Source of the DNA: Octopus vulgaris
Taxonomy: Eukaryota
Assembly: GCA_951406725.2 (NCBI GenBank)
Contig: OX597827.1
Location: 80,228,001-80,292,000, forward strand
DNA: 64,000 nt
Direction: 5' to 3'
Shown: positions 50,536 to 63,040 of the stretch, in pieces
How the letters are laid out: each line of letters begins with the position of its first letter
Numbering within the stretch: the stretch's first letter is position 1
Translations under genes and position numbers: made by a program
The notes under the pieces: model-generated
What the model saw: only the letters and a program-made list of their open reading frames with translations
Database searches by the model: none
What the model was told of the DNA's origin: nothing

Positions 50536-53492
50536 ATCATCATCATCATCATTTAACGTCCGTTTTCCATGCTAGCATGGGTTGGACGGTTCAACCGGGG
50601 TCTGGGAAGCGAGGAGGCTGCACCAGGCTCCAGTCTGATCTGGCAGTGCTTCTACAGCTGGATGCCCTTCCTAACGCCAATCACACTGTCAGTGTAGTGG
50701 GTGCTTTTTACGTGCCACCAGCACAGGAGCCAGAGGGGGCTGGCAACGTCCACAATCAGTTGTTACTTTTTACGTGCCACCGGCACAGACGCCAGTCAAG
50801 GCAACTCTGGCATTGGTCATGTTCGGATGGTGTTTTTTACATGCCACCTGCACAGGTATCACAACTACAATTTCTATTTGATTTTTATTTTGATGTTGAT
50901 GTACTTGACTCAATAGATCTCCTCACGCACGGAAGGTAGCCCTACAATCCAAGGTAAGCACAGCAGGCTGTCCGGCAAGCCATGAACTCACTTCATTTGT
51001 TGGGTCTTCGAAGTCACAGCATATCTCCAGAGGTTTCAGTCTTTTGTCATTGCCTCTGTGAGGCCAAACATTTGAAGGTCATGCTTGACCACCTCATCCC
51101 ATGTCTTCCTGGGTCTACCTCTACCTCGGATTCCTTTAACTGTTTGGGAGTGGCACTTCTTCACACATCTCTCCTCATCCATCCATAGTACATAACCATA
51201 CCAACGCAAACATCTCTCCTGCATGCCACATCTGATGCTTCTTATGTCCAACATTTCTCTCAGGGCACTTACACTCTGTCGTGCGTACACACTGACATTA
51301 CACATCCAGCGGATCATACTAGCTTCATTTCTTTTGAGCCTACGGATGTCCTCCGCAGTCATGACCCACATTTCACTGCTGTGATTCATGGCAGTTCACA
51401 CACATGCATCGTACAATCTACCTTTCACTCTGAGCGTGAGACCCTTTGTCACCAGTAGGGGAAGAAGCTTTCTAAACTTTGCCCAAGCTATTCTTATTCT
51501 AGTGGTAACACTCTCTGAGCATCCACCCCCAATACTAACTTGGTCACCTAGGTAGCAGAAGCTATCAACTACTTCTAATTTCTTCCCCTGGAGTGTGATG
51601 GAATCTGTTTTCTGAGCATCTGTGGTGTCTATTGTCCCTGTGCATCTGCTGCACATGAAAGCCATCTTCTTGGTTAATCTTCCTTTGATGTTTCTGCACC
51701 TCTTATGTGTCCATAGCTTACACTGGGTACATCTTATGGAATTTCTACCTACACCTTTTCTATAGATTGAGCAGGGCCACCTACTGAGATGGGGTGGGGG
51801 TGATGAGTTCGCCTTCCTACTTACTAGAACTTTGGTCTCTACTACATTGACTCTAAGGCCTTTTGATTCTAAACCTAGCTTTCACACCCGAAATTTCTTT
51901 TCTAGTTCAAGCAATGATTCCGCTATGAGGGCCAGGTCATCAGCATAGAGGAGCTCCCAGGGGCAACCCGTCTTGAATTCCTCTGTTATTGCCTGGAGGA
52001 CTATGACGAATAAAAGGGGACTGAGGGCTGAACCTTGGTGGACCCCAGAATTCTTCACTGTACTCATTGCCAATCCTAACCTTACTAACAGCCTCTCTGT
52101 AAAGGTCCTTTACAGCCTTTATTAACCATTCGTCAATCTCCAGTTTTCGCATCGCCCACCAGATAAGGGAACAGGGGACTCTGTCAAAGGCGTTCTCCAA
52201 GTCCACAAAAGCTAAGTATAGGGGTTTATCTTTAGCTAGGTATTTCTCCTGCCGTTGTCGGACCAGGAATATAGCATCAGTGGTGCTTCTACCTGGTACA
52301 AAACCGAACTGCATCTCATCTAAGCAAATTCTCTCCCTAATGAGATGGGTTATGACCCTCTCTGAGACCTTCATCACCTGATCCAACAGTTTAATACCCC
52401 TGTAGTCATTTCTATTTAGAGCATCACCCTTACCCTTGTAGCAGCTGACCATGGTGCTGCTATGCCAGTCGTTGGGTATGACTCCATCATGAACTACCTG
52501 GTTTAAAATACAGGTGACTAGGCCATAGCCCACACTACCAGATGGTTTAAGCATCTCAACAGTGATTCCTGATGAGCCGGGAGCTTTTCCTGGCTTCATA
52601 CCCTTAAATTGCTTTATTTACTAGGGAGCTGTCTATTCAGATACCTGGTCCATCTACTGGGTCAACATTTGGCAGGGTCTCCTCCTCCCATTCATTCTCC
52701 ACATCCAGCAGTCTTTCATAATGGCTTCTCCAAGCCTATTTCTTTTCACAATCATTAAAAGCAAGTGCACCATCATCCATGCGGACACATTTCTCTCCTG
52801 TGACATCACAATTTTCTCTCACACACTGTCTTGCAATCCGAAATACCTCGGTTCTTTGGTCCTCACATTGCTGGACATTGGTAAATTTCTTCTTAGCTAC
52901 CAAATCCTTCTTTTTTGGATTGGTCTGCTTCTTGGTATCCTTCTGGCCTTGAACCTAAAGTCACTAATGACTAGCCTATGCTGGGGATTACATTCTTCAC
53001 CCGGGAGGGTCTTTGTATTTAAGAGCAACCCTGCATCCTGCTGTCTGGTGAGGATGAAATCAACCTGGCCAGCAGAGTCCCCTGATTGATAGGTTATAAG
53101 GTGGCTGTCTGGCTTCCTGAAGTTAGTGTTGCAGATTAAAAGGTTACATGCATCACAGAAATCCAGTAGCCTGGTTCCCTCATCGTTTCAGGTGGCAATA
53201 CAATGGCCACCACGTACCCCAGTGAAGCTACCAGATTCCCGCCCAACATGCCCATTAAAGTCTCCAGCCACAAAGATGAGGTCATTACCACTCGTCTTTG
53301 AGGTAGCCTGTAGAAGGGTATCATAAAAGTGGTCCTTCTGATCATTTGGTAGCCCCACATGTGGGGTGTAGGCAGAGATAATTGTAGCTGTGCTGTTCTG
53401 CAGGACTAGCCTGAGCTTAAGCACTCTATCACATACCCTAACAACCTCTATGACCTTATCCACCCATTTCTCTGCAAGGAGTATGCCTACAC
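50533..53492 (-). mobile_element. Near full-length decayed RTE LINE with 3'UTR and (GAT)n tail
   Basis: APE (GVGILL, AGDFNGHVG); RT (QFGF.PG.STTDAIF, FVDLE.AFD, HQGS.LSP.LF, LYADD); C-terminal RGRPRKTW; frameshifts. Confidence 0.93.
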
Positions 53493-53580
53493 CATATATA
53501 TGCTTATGTATATATACATGAATATATATATATATGCATGTGTGTGTGTATGTGTATATATATATATGTGTGTGTGTGTG

Positions 53581-53912
53581 AAGGCGCATAGCTCAGTGGT
53601 TAGAGCATCGATTTTACGATGGTGAGGTTGTGAGCTCCAATCCTGGACCAGGCTGCATGTTATGTTCTTGAGCAAGACACTTTATTTCACGTTGCTCCAG
53701 TTCACTCAGCTGTAGAAATGAGTTGCAACATCACAGGTGCCAAGCTGTATCAGCCCCGTTGCCTTTCCATTGGATAACACTGGTGGCACAGAGAGGGGAG
53801 GCTGGTATGCATGGGTGACTGCTGGTCTTCCATAAACAACCTTATCCGGACTTGTGCCTCGGAGGGGAACTTTCCAGGTGCAATCCCATGGCCATTCATG
53901 ACCGAAAGGGGT
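53581..53912 (+). mobile_element. tRNA-derived SINE, family B
   Basis: TAGCTCAGTGG A-box, gagctccaatcc B-box, same body as 9858-10165. Confidence 0.88.
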
Positions 53913-54523
53913 CTCAGACACTAGCAGAGATACCCAGTCTTGCTCAGGATTAAAATGTCATGATTTATTATTGTTTTACTTGTTTTAGTTATGTGACTGT
54001 GCCCATGCTGGAGCATGGCTGTTGGTCACACAAATCGACCACAGGATTTATTCTTTGTAAGCCTAGTACTTATTCTGTCAATGTCTTTTGCCGAACCACT
54101 AAATTATGGGATTGTAAACACAGCAACATCGGTTGTCAAGCAATTACAGTTTATTTAATGTTATTATGATGGTTAGGTAGTTTTCACTTGTCTAAATTAA
54201 GAGAGATATTACTTACAAATAGGAAATATCCCCATAGAAGTAGTTTCATGTATACTGTGGAATACTTAATGATCTACTTATGAAGCAACACGATTTACTA
54301 CTTGTAGTAACGGTATTGGTGCAGTTCATCATCATCATCGTTTAACGTCCGTTTTCCGCGCTAGCACGGGTTGGACGGTTCGACCGGGGTCTGGGAAGCC
54401 AGGGGCTGCACCAGGCTCCAGTCTGATCTGGCAGAGTTTCTACAGCTGGATGGCCTTCCTAACGCCAACCACTCCGCGAGTGTAGTGGGTGCTTTTTACG
54501 TGCCACCTGCACCGGCACGGAAG

Positions 54524-54722
54524 CCAGCTGGCTTTAGGCACACTTTCTGTGCCCTTATGGTATTTGCAAAGGGAGGTCTTCCCTCTCTCGTAAACCTAAG
54601 TGATACGCACAGACTGCAGTTTCTAGGTATTTGCCGTGCGTGTCACTTAGGTTGACGAGGGAGGGATGACCTCCCTTTGCAAATACCATAAGGGCACAGA
54701 AAGTGTGCCTAAAGCCAGCTGG
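54524..54722. repeat. ~200-bp near-perfect palindrome (foldback/MITE-like)
   Basis: Outer ~55 bp perfectly complementary, next ~35 bp with a few mismatches, ~20-nt loop. Confidence 0.9.
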
Positions 54723-54895
54723 AGACGATGATCTCCTGGGGCTAAAAAGCTATAGTAACACCCACCCTTAGTGGTTAGCCATATTGAGATGGCTAGTATA
54801 CTTTACGTTGTCGAGCAGTTACTGTTTACATCTTGTTCAGAGATTTATTATTGCAATCTGTGTATAGTTCTGCATATTATATTGAATTAGAACAG

Positions 54896-54960
54896 TCGTT
54901 CTGAAGAGCCATGGACGTTGTTATGTAAGCAAAATCGTTAATGGCAAAACTAGTCAATGA
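54896..54960 (+). ncRNA. Decayed hammerhead ribozyme motif (G12 to A)
   Basis: tcgtt CTGAAGA GCCAT...ATGGC AAAAC TA GTC aatga: all three stems pair, but GAAA reads AAAA. Confidence 0.65.
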
Positions 54961-55445
54961 TTAATTCTTTATTTTGTATATTTTCATTTGTCTTACCCGC
55001 TTATGTTCTGATGTTTACTAAATTTTTCTAGAGAACATTCTTTCCTTTGTGGTTAGATCGTAGGTGATCTATTTCTAGCATATTGGATGTCCACTTAGTG
55101 GCCATCCCTCCTTATATGCATGTAATACAATCTTTCTGAATTTTCAGATTTTTCTCTATGCTAGGCCACTGGTTTTAAATTGATGTTAAATTAATATTCA
55201 ATTTATCACCCTCATCAATCAAACCATCCAAACCATGCCTGCATGGAAAAGGGTGTTTAAATGATAATGATGATGATGATGATGACGATGTATCAAATTA
55301 CAAGAGTTCTTAACTGGAGTCATGGTCCAGAGCCAAACAGTCTAAAGGCTGACTTTAGTAATTCAAGTTAGAGAAATCATGAAGTATTAGTGTCATCTGG
55401 GAAGTGTTCTTGCTGATGGTTTATGAAAGAAGTAGATAAGAATTC

Positions 55446-55843
55446 ATTATAATAATAATAATAATAATAATGAAATTATTGTATACAGTGCTCAGGTGCA
55501 CCACAACTTGTCAAAAGTGCATATAAAGCATATGCAGTAATGTACAAATGTCTGGGAAGTGAACAGTGTATGAGTCAGATACATGCTTGTGTGTGTATGG
55601 AGGGGAGAAAATCAGGTGTAGTGTTGGCGAATCTCAGGAAGCATGGAAGTTTTGAAGGATGCAGTGCTCCGACAACTAACAACTGATGCTGGCAGTTTGT
55701 TCCATGCTTCAGCAACTCTCAGCGTGAAAAAATGTTTCCTAAAGTCATGGGAGCTGTGCTGTTTTCTGACTTTGTAAACATGTCCACGGGTGTTAGACAG
55801 GTGGAGTTTGAAAAGGTGCTCAGAGTTATTGTTTGTAAGATGG
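55446..55843 (-). mobile_element. CR1 3' end
   Basis: Reverse complement of 60615-60976. Confidence 0.9.
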
Positions 55844-56656
55844 TTTGGTTTGGTGTCAATAATGGAATCACAGAAATTGCAATGAGCTTTATAGCTTTCT
55901 ACCCATCAACCCAAACTTCATATGTAATAAATACATGGATATAGTACAGATCAGCCATTAAACATAACCTACATAGCTCTCTGGAAATGATTAATAGGTT
56001 CTGTTTTCTAATAATTGTAATTAGCAAATAAAGAAGGGATGAGAGGAGTTTAGGGAATTGTTATCTGTTGGCAACAAAGCATTTTATGTTTGTGTGAAAA
56101 TCGTGGTAGTTGAATATGGAAGATGTGTGGAGGCTGGAAGAGAAATGAGTATGATTTGATGTATGTATGAATGATGTTAATCCAAATGAAAAGTTGAGTA
56201 AATGTGGTTTGAGAGAGTGGCCGGGAATTAAACGTATCATTTGATGCAGGCTGGAAAGAAAATTGTGATAGATAATATCGTGACACTAAGCGTTGGGTGA
56301 AAAGTGCCATATATTGTCCCTGGTGGATATTATGGATAGCAAGGAAAACCTGGCAGTGGTGAGGTTAGGAGTCAGAAAGGATATGGAAAACCTGTGATTA
56401 TTGCTGGTATGTTATATACAGACCCAGTTAGCCTTCAATGAAGTGAGAAAAGGGACATTAAAACAACAATGAGAAGCTGGGATGTTGTCCACTCTACAAG
56501 ATATATAATTTCATTGTCATGAATATTTTAATTAATTCTTTGTTTATGAGTTGACCCTCAGTAAAGATATAAATTATAAACAAAAATTCAATTCCAACTC
56601 TTTTGAAATAATAATTTAAATCAAATTATTCAGAAAAATCAAGCATGGAGTCTTAC

Positions 56657-56775
56657 CGTCAGTGATTTGATCCGTCTAATTTGTGTTGTGTTTACAATAT
56701 TCTGTTGTTATTTTATCAGTTGTGAAATCTATTAGTGTCACGTGGTATATATCATTAGTGTCACTTGGCACTGAC
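56657..56775 (-). promoter_or_regulatory. Candidate first exon/promoter of the protocadherin with duplicated E-box motifs
   Basis: Donor ACG|GTAAGA at 56657/56656 in unique sequence; tandem ATTAGTGTCACGTGG and ATTAGTGTCACTTGG at about 56731-56768. Confidence 0.3.
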
Positions 56776-57099
56776 AATGTTCTTGATAAATGTACACATA
56801 CATGTATAGACATTGAGAAATTTCCATGAGTTAGATACATCCTTCACAAATACATTCTGTGTGAAGCCTATACATGCACTTCATTGTTCCAATGGAACTC
56901 TTGACCTATATGGCCAGAAAGGAAGGACGTTAGAAAGTGCTTCTCATAAGTGTTATTAAAGATTTCATGTTATAAAATACCAGGAAACGTTATTCTACTT
57001 ACCATTTCAACCCATCCTTCATTAGCAATCATTTTTGACTCTGGATTTTGCTTTCTTTACGTTATTTCCGATAATATTTGAAAATACTTGTATTACTTA

Positions 57100-57398
57100 C
57101 TAGCAGTATCGCCCGGCGTTGCTCGGGTTTGTAAGGGAAATAACTATATAAGCATTTTTAGAGAGTTACTTCCCTTATATAATAGCAAAAAAATGCATTA
57201 AAAATGGGAAAAAATGATGGTAACATTTTTTAAAAATCGTAGACTCATTGTAGACGCGTGCTAATACCCAGAAGGGCTCGATATGAATCACGACTATAAG
57301 ATACCCGAATTTGGTTAAACTGCACCGCAAAATGTGGGAGTAGTTAGGAATCTAAATTGTAGGAGACAGACACACAACTTCACTTTTATATATAAAGA
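57100..57398 (-). mobile_element. Non-autonomous Helitron, copy 3
   Basis: Reverse complement of the same family, with TC/CTAG termini and hairpin. Confidence 0.9.
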
Positions 57399-57797
57399 TA
57401 TCATGTCGTAATGTTTATTTTTTCTTGATGTCTTCTTTTGTTGCCTTCTAACTCTTCATTGGTTATCAACAATCTTTACTTTATCCTCCTTTGCAGCCTC
57501 TCCTATTGCTATGTCTTTATCTTCATTATCTCGTTTCTTGCACTCTTGTTGCACTTTTCATGATATAACTACTGTATTTTTCTAATGGATCTCTATGTAT
57601 CGTCTGTGAGATATTTTAATGCGTATGTCCACAAGGTGTGTGCATTGTTGTTATACTTAAAAAGTTTGCTTTGCAACCACAAGGTTTCAGGTTCAATACT
57701 ACTACATGGTACCTTTGGCAGAGGACTTTTTCTAAAGCTCCAATCCAACAAATGTCTTGTAAGTGAAATTGATAGGTGGAAACAGTATGGAAGCCTG

Positions 57798-57849
<52 letters not shown>

Positions 57850-58242
57850 AACATTGACATTTAACAGCTTTACTTGCCACTCTCTGAGCAAAATGTTGAT
57901 GCTGTACTTGCTTGCTTTGTTAACATTGTGACCAGTTGCTTTGCACAGTTGAAGACCAATGGAATTATACAAAATCCCTTGCAAAAATAGGTAATGGTTG
58001 GCAAGAGAAATGGCACCCAGCCAGGAAATGCTTCAGAAACGGCACCCGTCCGACCTATGCCAACATGGAAAAATAGACTTTAAATGACTAAACAATTCCC
58101 ACAAGTTGTTTTGAATTGATGTAGCAGATAGACTCAGAGTTTATTTTTAAATGTTTCTTCTTAACACATTTAAAAAACATTCTGTTTGAATTTAGTTTTA
58201 TCACTAATTCTTTTATTTATTTTTCAGAAAAGTAATTTCAAA

Positions 58243-60050
58243 TATCATCATCATCATCATCGTTTAACGTCCGCGTAATGATCTTTGAATGGTGCCCGTC
58301 TATGTGCCCACTGGCATGGAAGCCAGTTGGCTGCTCTGGCAATGAATACGCATGGAAGCTGCTAGCACGAACGCCAGTCATCAAATTTGATTTTGCTTTT
58401 GATTGGTTGATTGATTTCACTTGCCTCAACAGGTCTTCGCAAGCAGAGTTTTAGTGTCCAAAGAAGGAAAAGGTTACGCATAAGTGGGCTGGTTATGCCC
58501 CTGGCATAGGCCATGAGATTATGGTTTCATTTGGCTTGCCTGGTCTTCTCACACACGGCATATTTCCAAAGGTCTTGGTCACTAGTCATTGCTTTGGTGA
58601 GGCCTAAAGTTCGAAGGTTGTGCTTCACCACTTCATCCCAGGTCTTCCTGGGTCTACCTTTTCCACAGGTTCCCTCAACTGCTAGGGTGTGGCACTTTTT
58701 CACACAGCTGTCCTCGTCCATTCTTGCCACATGACCATACTAGTGCAGTCGTCTCTCTTGCACACCACATCTGATGCTTCTTAGGTCCAACATTTCTCTC
58801 AAGGTACCTACACTCTGTCGAGTATGCACACTGACATTACACATCCATTGGATCATACTGGCTTCATTCCTCACGAGCTAACACATGTCCTCAGCAGTCA
58901 CGGCCCATGTTTCACTGCCATGTAGCATGGCTGTTCGTACACAAGCGTCATACAGTCTACCTTTTACTCTGAGTAAGAGGCCCTTTGTCGCCAGCAGAGG
59001 TAAGAGCTCTCTGAACTTTGCCCAAGCTATTCTTACTCTAGCAGTTACACTTTCAGCACACCCACCCCTGCAACTGACTTGGTCACCTAGGTAACGGAAG
59101 CTATCAACCACTTCTGGTTTTTCTCCCTGGAAAATGACAAAAGTTGTTTTCTGCAGATTTTCAGTGTTTATTGCTCCTGAGCATCTGCCACATACAAAAA
59201 CTATCTTCCCAGTTAGCCTTCCTTTGACATTGCTGCACCTCTTATGTGTCCATAGCTTACACTGGGTACATCTTATAGAGTTTCTATCTACGTCTTTTCT
59301 ACAGATCGAGCAAGGCCATCTACCTGAAGGGATTTGTGGTTTGTCTACCTTCCTACTTATTAGGACTTTTGTTTTAGCTAGGTTGACTCTAAAGCCCTTC
59401 AATTCTAATCCTTGCTTCCACACCTGAAACTTCTCCTCCAGTTCTGATAGTGACTTGGCAATTAGAGCAAGGTCGTCAGCATAGAGGAGCTCCCAGGGGC
59501 ATCCAGTCTTGAATTCCTCTGTTATTGCCTGGAGAACTATGATAAATAGGAGGGGGCTGAGGACTGAACCTTGGTGGACTCCTACCTCTACCCAGAATTC
59601 TTCACTGTACTCGTTGCCAACCCTCACCTTACTAACAGCATCCCTGTACATGGCTTGCGCAACTCTCACTAACCATTCATCTGTCCCTAGTTTCCTCATT
59701 AACCACCAGATAAGGGATCGGGGGACCCTGTCGAAGGCTTTCTCCATGTAAACGAAAGCCAGGTACAGAGGTTTATCTTTGGCTGGGTATTTCTCCTGCA
59801 GCAGTCTTACCAGGAATATAGCATCAGTGGTGCTTTTCTCTGGCACGAACCCAAATGGCATTTCATCTAAACTGACTCTCTCTCTAATTAGTTGGGCTAT
59901 GACCCTCTCCGTGACCTTCATTACTTGATCCAACAACCTGATACCTCTGTAATTATTTGTATCTAGGGTGTCTCCTTTACCTTTGTAGCAGTTGACTATT
60001 ATGCTGCTACACCAGTCATTGGGTATGACTCTTTCATGTATCACCTGGTT
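58243..60050 (-). mobile_element. 5'-truncated RTE LINE (RT, Cys-rich insert, C-terminus, partial 3'UTR)
   Basis: 393-aa ORF with GVHQGSVLSPLLF, LLYADD, CSIC..CTQC..H..C..CGRC, FRYLG, HGSETW. Confidence 0.95.
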
Positions 60051-60069
60051 ATCCTTCATGTATCACCTG

Positions 60070-60976
60070 TACACTATAGATCTCTATTGCAAGCAGATCT
60101 GGACACAATGCAGCAGTGGATCATGGACTGGCAACTGAAGCTGGCTGTGGGCAAATATACTACCATGCATTTTGGGAGGAAAAACCCAGCGTCTACTTAC
60201 TCCCTCCACAACACTAATCTCAAAAAGTCTTCTTGTGAACGTGACCTGGGCGTTATTGTCGACAGTGATTTGCGTTGGACAAAACACATCGCTAAAATTG
60301 CCAAGAAGGCTGAGGGTATCTTGGCATCACTCACCAAGTCCTTTGCAAGCCGCAGATAGATAGCGGGAGAGCTATCTGCGGCTTTATATAGCTATGGTAA
60401 GACCTCACCTGGAATTTGCATCACCGCTCTGGAACCCCTATCTTGCCCAGGATATTAATCGTCTGGAACCCGTTCAGCGACATGCAACCAAGAGAATACC
60501 CTCCATCAGGCATTTGCCATATTCTGAACGCCTTACCTCCCTGGGCATGGACACATTGAAACTCCGACGTCTGGCAGCTGACTTGGCAGACACCCATAAA
60601 ATTATCAACCATCGTACAAACAATAACTCTGAGCACCTTTTCAAACTCCACCCATCTAACACCCATGGACATGTTTACAAAGTCAGAAAACAGCACAGCT
60701 CCCATGACTTTTGGAAACATTTTTTCACGCTGAGAGTTGCTGGAGCATGGAACAAACTGCCAGCATCAGTTGTTCAAAACTTCCATGCTTTCTGAGATTC
60801 GCCAACACTACACCTGATTTTCTCCCCCCCCCCACATACACATGGCAAGCATGTATCTGACTCATACACTGTTCACTTCCCAGGCATTTGTACATTACTG
60901 CATATGCTTTATACGCACTTTTGACAAGTTGTGGTGCACCTGAGCACTGTATACAATAATTTCATTATTATTATTA
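60070..60976 (+). mobile_element. CR1 3' end
   Basis: Same motifs as the 43543 copy; frameshifted near 60355; (TTA)n tail. Confidence 0.92.
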
Positions 60977-61389
60977 TAAATGGCCAAATATATGTTTGGG
61001 TAGTTCGTATTTTATGCTAGATGCCCACTTCAAGTCATTATGATTTTTCAAGTGTTCAAAATAGCTTTGTCTTTCATCCCTCTCTGGGGAATAAAATAAA
61101 ATACCATGTAAGTACAGTGGTTGATATCTTTGACTCTTCTCCTCCTCTCAAATTTCAAGCTTTGTAGCTATATTACAAACGACAAAAACACTCCACCTCC
61201 CACCTATTGAGCTTACTTGTTCTGGTTCATTCTGTGAGAGCGGACAGCATTCTGTTGCCAAATATCTCATAGGGTCTATTTCCACAAATCATAAGACTTG
61301 GTACTTAGGTGTTAAGTTTCATGAAACATACTCAATACCCAAGAAGCAATCTCAAAATCCTACCTGTCTTCAGTAGACCAGTATTTTAG

Positions 61390-61710
61390 GCATGCTCTGC
61401 CCTCATATCAACTCCAATTTTTCTGACATATTCCTCAAACTCGGTTGTTAGTGCTCTGAGTACCCCTACAACTATTGGGTTGACAGTTACTCTCTTCATT
61501 GCCTACTTTCTTGTAATTTTGTCTTTTAATAACTTGTATTTTCCCACCTTTTCCAGTTCTTTGTCACTTACGCATTCACTCCCAGGTATGGCAATATCTA
61601 TGATCTTAGCTTCTTTCTTCCTTTTAGTCCACAACAACAATGTCTGGTCTCTGAGCATCAATTATAGAGAATGATATTGGATTGTAAAATCCCACAAGAT
61701 CTTAATCCTC
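61390..61710 (-). mobile_element. R4-like RLE LINE fragment
   Basis: KILWDF.IQ, RPDIVV, IIDIAIP, PIVVG.L on the minus strand. Confidence 0.7.
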
Positions 61711-62543
61711 CTCCTCCCCTTCCTCCTCCTCATCATCATTTTGAGATCATTCACACATGTAATTAGACTCATCTTTGCTTAACTGCTTGCTCCTTGATAT
61801 TACCCTATAATTTTATCAAGTAACTTGTTAGTTGTAAATGCTTAAAATTCCAGTTAGTCTAAATTCATAAAAGGCTATTTTGTTGAAGTTCTTGGGAAAA
61901 AAGGAGATACTGAAAGTGAATGTTATATTTTTTTAACTATACAGCATATATTATGATTAGGTCCTCACTGAATAAAGATTGGAAAAAATTCTAGGAAAAT
62001 GATGATTTGACTATAAGGAATGAACCTGTAAATGGTTATTTCTCAAAGCAATTCAAACAAGAATGCCAACAAAAGAGTCTTTGAAATTTCCCAGTGGGTA
62101 ACAGGATTGTCTGACCAAAGTTGATCTTTTCCAACAACTTCAACACAGAATATCATCATTATCATCATCATTTAACATCCACTTTCCATGCTAGCATGGG
62201 TTGGACGATTTGACTGAGGTCTGGCGAACCAGACTCCAATCTGATCTGGCAGAGTTTCTACAGCTGGATGCCCTTCCTAATGCCAACCACTCCGAGAGTG
62301 TAGTGGGTGCTTTTACGTGCCACCAGCATGAGGCCCAGTTTGGTCGTACTGGTAATGGCCACGCCCAAATGGTGCTTTTTACATGCCACCTGCACAGGAG
62401 CCAGTCTAGCGGCACTGGCGACGACCTTGCTCGAATGTTTCATGTACCACCAGCACAAGTGCTAGTAAGGCAACGCAGGTACCGATCACGCTCGAATCGT
62501 AAATTTAAACTAAGTGGCATTTTAAGCATTTGCAGCAAACAAG

Positions 62544-62574
<31 letters not shown>

Positions 62575-62632
62575 AAAACCTAACTATACTTATGCTTTTG
62601 ATCTTTTTTATTAAATATTTTTTCACAATTAT

Positions 62633-63040
62633 AGGCGCAGGAGTGGCTGTGTGGTAAGTAGCTTGCTAACCAACCACATGGTTCAGGGTTCAGTCCTACT
62701 GTGTGGCATCTTGGGCAAGTGTCTTCTGCTATAGCCTCGGGCTGACCAAAACCTTGTGAGTGGATTTGGTAGATGGAAACTGAAAGAAGCCTGTCGTATA
62801 TATGTATATGTATGTGTGTGTATATGTTTGTGTGTCTGTGTTTGTCCCTCTAGCATTGCTTGACAACCGATGCTGGTGTGTTTACGTCCCCGTCACTTAG
62901 CGGTTCAGCAAAAGAGACCGATAGAATAAGTACTAGGCTTACAAAGAATAAGTCCCAGGGTCGATTTGCTTGACTAAAGGCGGTGCTCCAGCATGACCGC
63001 AGTCAAAATGACTGAAACAAGTAAAAGAGTAAAAGAGTAA
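62633..63040 (+). mobile_element. tRNA-derived SINE, family C
   Basis: Same head, internal TA/TG tract, (AAAGAGT)n tail. Confidence 0.9.
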
